Source: Thermofilaceae archaeon (GTDB taxonomy: Archaea; Thermoproteota; Thermoprotei; Thermofilales; Thermofilaceae). Taken from it: DNA of 64,000 bases. A model generated the notes under the pieces. It saw nothing but the letters and a program-made list of their open reading frames with translations. It made no database searches and had not been told where the DNA came from. The stretch is taken from the NCBI GenBank assembly GCA_038727095.1, contig JAVYWK010000006.1, positions 1-64,000 of the forward strand, given 5' to 3'. The position numbers were made by a program, and so were the translations under genes. This document shows positions 26,730 through 34,560 of the stretch, in pieces (within the stretch, counting starts at the first letter, position 1; each line of letters begins with the position of its first letter).

Positions 26730-29007
26730 TGAGGCTCTCGTTGTTCTAGCGGAGGCCATACTGCTCGCAGGCCTCCTTATGTTTTCGGCGAGGTTGTGGA
26801 GCGCCAGGTTCGACCCCTACCCGCAGCTGGTCGCCCAGCTGCTGAACAGCAGCCCGGTTGACGCAGAGCTGTTCATCGCCCTGCCGAAGCCTGTGAGGGT
26901 GGAGCTGGACAGGCTGTGCCAGGCGGGCTCCTGCTACAGCATAGCCCCTCTCGGGGCCGTCTACGGCACAGCGTGGGACTGGCTGATCGTCTACAAGCGG
27001 AAGGCCGCGTTAGCTGGAGGGGGTGTACCCCCTTCACCCTACGCTTTGCTGGCGGTGCAGGTCCGGAGGGTGAACCACGCTGGAAGCGATCTGGGGCCCG
27101 TTCAGGGCGTGCAGGTGAGAATCATGGGTCAAACGTATGTCACGGGTGCTGGGGGCTGGGTGAACGTGACGCTCGTGAAGGGCTACACCTACACCGTTGA
27201 GGTGTTGCAGACCGGTTTCAATAATGGTTGGGGCCGATACTCGTTCTACAGGTGGGGTGACGGTTCAACGGAGAACCCGAGGAACATCCTCCTCAGCGAT
27301 AGCGTGCAGCTGCTCTCCTACGTCTGGGATGAGCGGTTGCTCAAGGTCACCTACACCAGCGGCGGTGTCGTGAGGGTGGACGGCTCCCAAGTCTCCAGCG
27401 GCTGGACCTCGTGGCGCAAGTACGGCTCCACAGTGGTTCTGCAGGCTGTGCCGAACGCGGGCTACTACTTCCAGAAGTGGCAGAGGGGAGTTAACAGCGA
27501 CTCCATTACCGACTACTCGACCTCTAACCCCATCACCGTTACCGTGGACAACGGCTACCGGTTCCACGCCGTCTTTGACGCCTTGAAGTGGCTGACTGTG
27601 CAGGTCTACCGGGTGGATAAGGCAGGAAAAAGCCTGGGTGGGGCAGCCGGTATTCAAGTCAGGGTTGATGGCAACAGCTACACCGCCGACTCCAACGGCG
27701 TCGTCAAGGTGCAGGTGGTTCCCGGTACGCACACGGTCGAGATCGTTCAGACGAGCTTCAACGGCGGCTGGGGGAGGTACACGTTCTGGAGGTGGTGGGA
27801 CGGCAGCACAGCGAACCCGAGGACCTTCACCGTCGCTGCGGACGCGACGGTCACAGCGTACGCTTGGGATGAAAGGCTCCTTAAGATTACTTACACCAGC
27901 GGTGGAGCTGTGAAAGTGAACGGTACGCAGGTCTCGAGCGGTTACACAACGTGGTGCAGGTACGGCACCGTTGCGACCCTAGAGGCTGTACCGAGCTCCG
28001 GCTACCAGTTCGTCAAGTGGCAGAGGGGAGTGAACAGCGACTCCTTAAGCGATTATTCTACGTCTAACCCCATCACCGTTACCTTGGATAACGGCTACAG
28101 GTTCCACGCGGTCTTCGGCACCACCTACACGTTCACTGTCGAGGTGAGGAGGGTCGATTACGCGGGCACCGACATCGGCCCAGCCGTTGCAGCCGTCGTT
28201 GTCGTGAACGGGCAGAGCTACACGACGGACAGCAGCGGTAGAGTAACCTTCACCAACGTTGCACCGGGAGCGAGCTTCACTGTGCAGTTCAACCAGCAGA
28301 CCTTCAACAGCGGCTGGGGGAGGTACACCTTCTGGAAGTGGTGGGACGGCAGCACAGCGAACCCGAGGACCTTCACGGTTACCTCGGACGCTACCGTGAC
28401 GATGTACGTCTACGATGAGAGGCTGCTGAAGGTGAGCTACGACAGTAGCGGGGTCGTGAGGGTGAACGGTACGCAGGTCTCGAGCGGCTGGAGCAACTGG
28501 TACAGGTTCGGGGTTAGAGTGGTACTGGAGGCTGTGCCCAACTCGGGCTACGTGCTCCAGAAGTGGCAGCGCGGAGTAAACACGGATACGCTGAGCGACT
28601 ACGACGTGAGGTTGAGGGAAACGAGGAGCGCGAGCGGGAGCAGCGAAGTAGTGGCGGTTGTCACTAGCAACGCTTACACCGGGTACATTGAGGCAACAAT
28701 GAGCTACACATCACCGGGCGGAAGAATGGGCATCTGGATGGCCCTAATCGAGGCGTGCCCCACCTCCGCGTGCTACCAGTCTCAGGTGCTCAATTCGACT
28801 AGTTGGAGGACTGGCAGCGGGAGCGGCACGCTCACCTACAGAGGCACGCTGCAGGCGAGCAGGTACATACGTTTCACGCTAACCGCTCCAATGGGCTTCA
28901 CCGGCATCGCCTCCTTAACCGGAACCGTTTTGAGACCGGCAACCAACCCGCTGTTAGTAACCATGGACAACGGCTACCACTATCGAGCGGAGTTCGGAGC
29001 TCCGTGA
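26719..29007 (+). CDS. Pilin-anchored adhesin with three ~180-aa tandem repeats
   Basis: MAVDEALVVLAEAILL N-helix; three copies of V.V.RV..AG...GWGRY.F..W.DGST.NPR...DERLLK..Y...KWQRGVN.D...DY...NP..VT.DNGY. Confidence 0.8.
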   Translation: MAVDEALVVLAEAILLAGLLMFSARLWSARFDPYPQLVAQLLNSSPVDAELFIALPKPVRVELDRLCQAGSCYSIAPLGAVYGTAWDWLIVYKRKAALAGGGVPPSPYALLAVQVRRVNHAGSDLGPVQGVQVRIMGQTYVTGAGGWVNVTLVKGYTYTVEVLQTGFNNGWGRYSFYRWGDGSTENPRNILLSDSVQLLSYVWDERLLKVTYTSGGVVRVDGSQVSSGWTSWRKYGSTVVLQAVPNAGYYFQKWQRGVNSDSITDYSTSNPITVTVDNGYRFHAVFDALKWLTVQVYRVDKAGKSLGGAAGIQVRVDGNSYTADSNGVVKVQVVPGTHTVEIVQTSFNGGWGRYTFWRWWDGSTANPRTFTVAADATVTAYAWDERLLKITYTSGGAVKVNGTQVSSGYTTWCRYGTVATLEAVPSSGYQFVKWQRGVNSDSLSDYSTSNPITVTLDNGYRFHAVFGTTYTFTVEVRRVDYAGTDIGPAVAAVVVVNGQSYTTDSSGRVTFTNVAPGASFTVQFNQQTFNSGWGRYTFWKWWDGSTANPRTFTVTSDATVTMYVYDERLLKVSYDSSGVVRVNGTQVSSGWSNWYRFGVRVVLEAVPNSGYVLQKWQRGVNTDTLSDYDVRLRETRSASGSSEVVAVVTSNAYTGYIEATMSYTSPGGRMGIWMALIEACPTSACYQSQVLNSTSWRTGSGSGTLTYRGTLQASRYIRFTLTAPMGFTGIASLTGTVLRPATNPLLVTMDNGYHYRAEFGAP
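27046..29000 (+). repeat. Intragenic tandem repeats, period 540-546 bp
   Basis: CAGAGGGGAG...AACAGCGACTCC at 27481 and 28021; identical 39-mer at 27792-27830 and 28338-28376. Confidence 0.9.
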
Positions 29008-29399
29008 AAACCCACTATCTTCTTCCCATCGTATTACAGAGTACTACGTCTCAAAACAGAGTTTCTATTATATTTGGAGATTTAGATCGCTGTATTACGT
29101 AGTCATACGCGGCATCTACATAGTACCCGGTCGCGATACGCGATGTTTGCAGCCTATTCCAATTGTAGACGCGACATAGTTACATTCGCTGAACAGAGAC
29201 TTTTACCGTTAAGCGCAGCTATATAACTGCAAAACTCAGGAAGAGCCAACGAAAGAAAGGTAGAGTAATGCCGCACAACTATCCTTCCCACCACCTCCGG
29301 TGCCGCAGAGACCTCTTCTACTATTTCTTGATGACCTAAAGGACCCCGCCGCACAAGCGTGTTTCACCTTGTAGTTTTTTAGATGGCGTTATGCGGGTT

Positions 29400-29416
29400 C
29401 GGTTTTCAGCTTGATG
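29400..29416. repeat. Right copy of 17-bp imperfect inverted repeat
   Basis: CGGTTTTCAGCTTGATG, inverted relative to 21171-21187. Confidence 0.5.
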
Positions 29417-29617
29417 GTCGAGAGTTAAGAGGGGAGAGGTGTAGGGGAAGGTCAAGACCTCCCCCACTTTAAAGACATGCGGCTTACCTTTCACTATCGT
29501 GAAGGGGTAATGCTTTAATCTCCTGTATCGGTCCCTCTGCTCGGTGTACGCATTGTTGCTGAGAATGCAGACATCGAGCACAAGTATTCTAATTTCGCTT
29601 ATTAATTACTAATGCAG

Positions 29618-29935
29618 CTAGCCTTTCGCCTCGACCAGCAGTAGCGTGCCGTTCACGCTCACCAAGGTGTAGGCGTAGCAGCGCCCCCCGCTGCCTCCCC
29701 TGGAGAGCACTCTGCCGTCCGGGTAGCGGAGGACAATGGTGAAGCCTGAGGGGGGTTTCACGCCGCTCCAGCCCGCCAGAGTGATGTTCTGCGCGGCCTG
29801 CCCTGCTACCTCCAGCGCTCTAGCGTAGCAGTCGAACGCGAGCGTGTAGGCTCTGGACCCCCTAGCGTAGAAGGAGAGGAGGAGCATAGCTGCTAGCACG
29901 GTTGCAGCGACAGTGAGCAGGGCGTCAACCCTCAC
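29618..29935 (-). CDS. Minor pilin-like protein
   Basis: MRVDALLTVAATVLAAMLLL helix, Cys pair, C-terminal CYAY. Confidence 0.55.
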   Translation of the reverse strand: MRVDALLTVAATVLAAMLLLSFYARGSRAYTLAFDCYARALEVAGQAAQNITLAGWSGVKPPSGFTIVLRYPDGRVLSRGGSGGRCYAYTLVSVNGTLLLVEAKG

Positions 29936-30161
29936 GCCTCCACCACCTCGAGAACCTTAAGGCGAGCCCCACAAGCGCGGAGTAGGTTACGCCCAGCGCC
30001 GCCAGGGTGGAGGTGAGAAGGGCCAGCGCGGATAGAGGCCAAACGGCGCTGAAGGGCACATCAAAGGATAGGAGTAAGCAGGTGGCTGCGAGGCAGGCTA
30101 GGAACACCATCGCGAGGAACGTGAGGTCCCCTGAACCCGCTCCCACACTCTCACCCTGCAA
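29925..30161 (-). CDS. Small two-TM membrane protein
   Basis: Two hydrophobic helices; overlaps both neighbours. Confidence 0.5.
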   Translation of the reverse strand: MQGESVGAGSGDLTFLAMVFLACLAATCLLLSFDVPFSAVWPLSALALLTSTLAALGVTYSALVGLALRFSRWWRREG

Positions 30162-31407
30162 AGAGGTGGGGCGCGTACATGATCGCTAGCAGCCACGCGA
30201 GCCAGACCGCGCCAGCACATAAGGGTAAGTAAAGTGGCAGGAGGTGTGGTCTGCCTTCCCTCGCTCCTGCGGTGGCGGCTGCCAGCGTCAGTGAGACAGT
30301 GGCGAGGATGGGGTCGATCCACTCCCTCAGCTCGTACACTCCGACGCCGCTGATACCCGTCCTAGCGAGCCACTCCCCACCCCCCTCTCCCGCAGCCAGG
30401 ATGGCTCCCGAAGAGATGACGACTGCGTAGATCGCACCGACGATCGCCGCTTCAACCACCGCGTAAACCAGGAAGACCCTCGTCTTGCTCCTCAGCCGAC
30501 TCACGAACTCCAGAACCTGGGACATGTACTCCTCCAGCTTCCTCAAGTTCTCGTAACCACCATGTAAGAGAACCTGCCACAAGCCCAGGGTAGCGGCCCT
30601 GGCGAAACCCTTCCACTCCGGGCTCAGCAGGTCCTCGGGATCCTTGATCAACCCCTCCCTAACGAGGGCGTAGTAGGGGTTGCCCACAGCCCTAGCCGCT
30701 ACCCTCACTATCTCCCTCGCTTTCTCTAACTTTCTTAACTCGGCCCGGGAGTGGTAGAGGTGGAGCACCATCGTTGGAAGAGAGCCCACTGCTAGAGCCA
30801 GTGTTAAGGGCGCCTCAAGCCCCAAATAAGCGAACATGAAATAAAGGGGGAGCGCAGCGAGCATGGGCAGGTAGGTGCGCCAGGGCGGCGAAGGTACACC
30901 GTACTCCCAGGGGAAGATCACCACGCCCGCGAGGAGCGCCAGCATCAGGCCCACCACAGTCAAGGCGAGAGCGGTCGAAGCTGCCCCACCTCCGATCAGG
31001 GCCACCGTCGCCACTATCGTGGCGGGCACCGTGCTCGTGAAGGTGGAGACGAGGCTGTACAAGTTAGAAATGTTGTAGTCGGCCGTTTCTAACGTGGTCC
31101 TCAGCTCCGCCAGCACATCCCTCAACTTCTCCTCCAACGCTGAGCGGCTGCCGGAGCGTTGAGTCTCGACGGCGGCGTTCAGCACCTTCTTCATCTTGTC
31201 GGACAGGCCGTCCAGCTTCGCGTCCCCCGAGTACAGCATCTCCGGCTCCGGTAGGTAGTCGAAGCCGTAGCGGCGCACCTCCTTCAGCGTGGTGAGGGGT
31301 AGCTGCGGTGAGGAAAGCATGACTAAAGCGAGGGGCACGGCGTCGCTCTCGCTCCTAAACCATGTGGGGAGCGAGAAGCTACCTCCGGTAATCTTCCGCT
31401 TGGCCAC
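30151..31407 (-). CDS. Type IV pilus platform membrane protein (TadC/ArlJ-like)
   Basis: Two soluble helical domains each followed by TM bundles; in cluster with pilins and assembly ATPase. Confidence 0.68.
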   Translation of the reverse strand: MAKRKITGGSFSLPTWFRSESDAVPLALVMLSSPQLPLTTLKEVRRYGFDYLPEPEMLYSGDAKLDGLSDKMKKVLNAAVETQRSGSRSALEEKLRDVLAELRTTLETADYNISNLYSLVSTFTSTVPATIVATVALIGGGAASTALALTVVGLMLALLAGVVIFPWEYGVPSPPWRTYLPMLAALPLYFMFAYLGLEAPLTLALAVGSLPTMVLHLYHSRAELRKLEKAREIVRVAARAVGNPYYALVREGLIKDPEDLLSPEWKGFARAATLGLWQVLLHGGYENLRKLEEYMSQVLEFVSRLRSKTRVFLVYAVVEAAIVGAIYAVVISSGAILAAGEGGGEWLARTGISGVGVYELREWIDPILATVSLTLAAATAGAREGRPHLLPLYLPLCAGAVWLAWLLAIMYAPHLFAG

Positions 31408-31446
31408 AAGAACAGAAAAATATAATTTGATTTAAACCTTACCCTC

Positions 31447-31881
31447 TTAGGGGCTTACGACCTTGAAGCCCAGCGCGACTCTGCTGCCGCCCGGATCGAC
31501 TCTTAGGCGAGCCGTGCAGGAGGCTCCATCGTTGATCGTGGCGCTGAAAGTAGCCCTGCAAGATGCTGTCTGACCAGAGAGAGAACAGCTCAGACCAAAT
31601 GTTGAAGGAGTAGGCGTTGAACCTACTTCGCAGGTGATCTCCTCGAGGGTGATGGAGGTGATCTGTAGCGCGCCCACGTTCCTAACGGTGAAGCTGACGG
31701 CGCAGGTGGATCCCGTGCAGGAAGCGTAGGCGCTCGTTACCTCTAGTACCGGCTGCTGAGTGGCAGCTCTAGTGCTGGTCCAGAGGAACCATGCTACCAG
31801 GCTGGCCGCGACGATGGACGCCACCACGACTAGGACGGTGACGATCGGAGGGACACCGCCAAACCTCCTCACTCCCACCAC
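31447..31881 (-). CDS. Type IV pilin (major pilin paralog)
   Basis: RRFGG-VPPIVTVLVVVASIVAASLVAWF N-helix; FTVRNVG motif; multiple Cys. Confidence 0.85.
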   Translation of the reverse strand: MVGVRRFGGVPPIVTVLVVVASIVAASLVAWFLWTSTRAATQQPVLEVTSAYASCTGSTCAVSFTVRNVGALQITSITLEEITCEVGSTPTPSTFGLSCSLSGQTASCRATFSATINDGASCTARLRVDPGGSRVALGFKVVSP

Positions 31882-31883
31882 CC

Positions 31884-32360
31884 CTAGGGCCTGTAAGCTC
31901 TAAAAGCCACAGTAACTCCAGGCTGCTGGAATTGCACCTGGCAGCTAAGCGCATCCCCCTGAGGGCTTATCGAAGGGGGGCTAGACCCGGGGGAGATCGT
32001 GCAAGAAGTTGACGTACCCGCACTCAAAGTAAACGAGGTACTTGAACCGCACGTGATTGCAATATTAGGCCCGGAGGCCGCCCAACCTGTGAAACCGTCG
32101 CAGAAAACAGAAACACTAGCGGTACTTAGCGTAACGGAGGTTGAGCCTACGTTCCTTAGCGTGAATGTGATCCTCCAGTTGCTGCCCGAGCCCACGTAGT
32201 AGGCGTTGGTTACTTCGAGGATGGGGGTTGAGGTCGCCGTTCTAGTGCTGGTCCAGAGGAACCATGCTACCAGGCTGGCTGCGACGATGCTAGCTATAGT
32301 GACTAGGACGGTGACTATAGGCGGTACTCCACCCTTCCTCCTCATCGACTTAAAAAACAT
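31884..32360 (-). CDS. Type IV pilin (major pilin paralog; start probably ATG at 32345)
   Basis: MRRKGG-VPPIVTVLVTIASIVAASLVAWF; FTLRNVG; 39 bp identical to neighbour (32241-32279 = 31768-31806). Confidence 0.85.
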   Translation of the reverse strand: MFFKSMRRKGGVPPIVTVLVTIASIVAASLVAWFLWTSTRTATSTPILEVTNAYYVGSGSNWRITFTLRNVGSTSVTLSTASVSVFCDGFTGWAASGPNIAITCGSSTSFTLSAGTSTSCTISPGSSPPSISPQGDALSCQVQFQQPGVTVAFRAYRP

Positions 32361-32395
32361 TCTGTTATTTTTATTCCTTTCGCCGCGTGAGGCTT

Positions 32396-32740
32396 TCAGG
32401 AGCGGGTTAAAGCGTCGAGAAGCTTCTCCTCCAGCTCCCCGATATCTTCCGCCGCTACGAGCCGGGCCCTCCCGCGCGGAGGAGGGACGCTTGGCGCTCC
32501 GCCTAGAACCGCTATCACCACGTCCTCTCCCACGTCGAGGGCTTTAGCGAGCTCCGCGAGCAAAGCTGAAGGTTCGGCGTGCGTCAGGGAGACGTAGACC
32601 CTGCGCCCCCTCCCCTCGACGGCAAGGTCGAACTCGTGCAAGTAGCCGCTAAAACCCCTCACCTTACCCTCAATAACAGCGAAGCCTGCGGCCTCCATCA
32701 CCCCCCTGATCCCCCTCTCAACTTCCTCCACCGCTCCCAC
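32396..32740 (-). CDS. Small restriction-endonuclease-like (Mrr-like PD-(D/E)XK fold) protein, likely catalytically degenerate
   Basis: GFAV..GKVRGFSGYLHEFDLAV motif; the expected E-x-K is replaced by VSLT; start inferred at GTG 32740. Confidence 0.5.
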   Translation of the reverse strand: MGAVEEVERGIRGVMEAAGFAVIEGKVRGFSGYLHEFDLAVEGRGRRVYVSLTHAEPSALLAELAKALDVGEDVVIAVLGGAPSVPPPRGRARLVAAEDIGELEEKLLDALTRS

Positions 32741-33102
32741 CCCTGCTTGCCTTGACGATGGGGGCTTTTGATGTTGCACTTACCGCTGCAGCCTTTCTGC
32801 GCCCCCTTTTCCCGGTCTTGGCGAAGACCAGTAGGCTGCGGCTGTGGGGGAGCACCTCGACGCCCTCCACCCAGTACCCCCTGCTCTTCCTCCTCGCGTA
32901 AACCCTCACCAGCCTATACCCGTTGCTCCTGCAGACCTTGGAGACGAGGTCCAGGATACGGGGTAGGTTGCTGGGTCCTAGGCCGGTCGCCCGCATCAGC
33001 TCCGATGGGGGGGACGGTGAAGAAGCGGCCCCGGGCCCTCTCAGCCCTCCCCCGCAGGACGGCTTCAACCGCCCTCTCCGGGTCTACGGGCTTCCTTGCC
33101 AC
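32718..33102 (-). pseudogene. Putative DNA-binding (wHTH-like) gene split by a frameshift at a C7 run
   Basis: ORF 32914..33102 (MARKPVDPERAVEAVL...FFTVPP) and ORF 32718..33068 (PSELMRATGL...) fuse if the G7 run at 33007-33013 is G6. Confidence 0.65.
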
Positions 33103-33191
33103 AAAGGTTAGGCTGCAAACTATTATTTATTTCTATCGTCGAGTTGGGCATAATAAACATCAGGTGCAAGCCTCCCGTGGAAAGCATTCAG

Positions 33192-33600
33192 GTGAAAGCC
33201 TCCCGGCTGCTGAAGGTCTTAGAGGAGAGGATCCTGGAGCTGGAGCACGGTACATCTGCAGCCAGGATCGCGGCCATCTGCCTGAGGCACGGCGTTCCAC
33301 CCCTCTCTCTGAGAAGGGCCCGGATAGAGGGGGTGGTGCTCAGGATAGGCTCCCGCTCCATCCCCTTGAGCGAGATGGATGCAGTAGTGCTGAAGCCGTG
33401 GGTTGGCAGCCCTCAGGGGTTGAGGACCATGGCTTACCACACGCACAAGGTGCTGAAGGATTACGGGTTGAAGGTGTACGACGTCCACCTGCTGAGGAGG
33501 ATCGCTGAGGGCAAGCCACCCCGCAGGATCCCCCTCAGGCTGCTAAAAGCCCTCGAGCAGCTGGAGCACTTCAGCAAGGAAGAGAAAAAGAAAGATCGAT
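33192..33600 (+). CDS. Degenerate tyrosine-recombinase-like fragment; 3' end unclear because the frame stays open to 34103, antisense to a pilin
   Basis: AICLRHGVPPLSL (box I-like, no Arg), RSIPLS, VLKDYGLKVYDVHLLRR (HxLR box II-like). Confidence 0.4.
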
Positions 33601-33620
33601 TTTATTCGAACTCTTTGTTT

Positions 33621-34070
33621 TTACGGCTTTGCTACGGCGAAGCTGGTCTGGTAGCCGTCCCTGGTCTGCAGAGTCGCGAGAGCGCCATCAGGGAACTGGT
33701 CGAGGTCCACGTTGTCAGCGGTGTAGACGAGGGAGATGCTGTCACCGGGGGCCAGCTTCAGGCTTGCCCCCGTCACGATCGAGGTTGGGCTCCCGAACGT
33801 GATACCCGCCTTAGTCTTGTTCTGCACGATTACGATAGAATTAGTGAGGTTCACGTCAGCCGTCCCGTCGTTCTTGAAGGTGACCCTGAGCTGCACCCCA
33901 TTCTGGGTGGCGTAGAGGGTGGGCTGCCCGATGACCGTCAGGGAGACCTGCCTGACGCCCCTAGCGGTCGTAGAGTAGATGAAGTAGGCTGCCAGGGCTG
34001 CGGCAACGACGGCTGCGATAACGATTATGACGGTCACGATTGGCGGCATCGCACCCCTTCTCTTCATCAA
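33621..34070 (-). CDS. Type IV pilin (major pilin paralog)
   Basis: MKRRGA-MPPIVTVIIVIAAVVAAALAAYF; VTFKNDG and L.PG.S motifs. Confidence 0.85.
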   Translation of the reverse strand: MMKRRGAMPPIVTVIIVIAAVVAAALAAYFIYSTTARGVRQVSLTVIGQPTLYATQNGVQLRVTFKNDGTADVNLTNSIVIVQNKTKAGITFGSPTSIVTGASLKLAPGDSISLVYTADNVDLDQFPDGALATLQTRDGYQTSFAVAKP

Positions 34071-34089
34071 CTCTCACTGCGTACGACCA

Positions 34090-34266
34090 CTATTTATTCT
34101 TAATCCCTGTTCCTTCCCTCAACCTGAGGAGCTCGATCGCTCCCTCATCGTCGAAGCCGTACACGCTGAGAGCAGCGTACACCCCCCTGCGGAGCTCCTC
34201 CAGATCCCCGTCGTCGAGAGCGGAGCTGCGAGGCTTCTCCCGCGCGAAGAGAGACTCGCTTAGCAC
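34090..34266 (-). CDS. Small 58-aa hypothetical protein, absent from the ORF track
   Basis: GTG start, MLSESLFAREKPRSSALDDGDLEELRRGVYAALSVYGFDDEGAIELLRLREGTGIKNK*; AT-rich TATA-like tract about 25 nt upstream. Confidence 0.5.
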   Translation of the reverse strand: MLSESLFAREKPRSSALDDGDLEELRRGVYAALSVYGFDDEGAIELLRLREGTGIKNK

Positions 34267-34317
34267 AAGGTTAGTGAGAAAACTTTGAATTTATTCTTTT
34301 CTCGTTAGTCGTGGGGG

Positions 34318-34560
34318 CTAGCCGATGTCGATGAAGATGGACTCCATCTCTTCAACCGCCCTGCTCAACCCCCCAGCTTCACCGCTCCCCCTCCTCCCCG
34401 GCAGGAGGCTCCTAGCCCCTCTTCCGGCTTTCCTCGCCTGCTTCTCCCTCCTCTCAGCCTCCTTCACTGCTGCCTTAGCCGCCTTCCTCATCTCCTCGAT
34501 TTCCCTTTTGAGCGGATCCTCCTCTGAGGCGAAACCGAACAGCCTCCTCAGGCTCTCCAT
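34318..34560 (-). CDS. Small charged coiled-coil protein
   Basis: TGATG-coupled to the ATPase gene. Confidence 0.55.
   Translation of the reverse strand: MESLRRLFGFASEEDPLKREIEEMRKAAKAAVKEAERREKQARKAGRGARSLLPGRRGSGEAGGLSRAVEEMESIFIDIG

Noticed and set aside
26719-32360. Diversity-generating retroelement (template/variable repeat pairs)
   Set aside because: Repeats are in-frame coding duplications, the differences are not adenine-specific, and no reverse transcriptase is present
33600-34103. C-terminal half of the 335-aa ORF 33096..34103 as real protein
   Set aside because: It is the antisense read of the pilin gene 33621..34070
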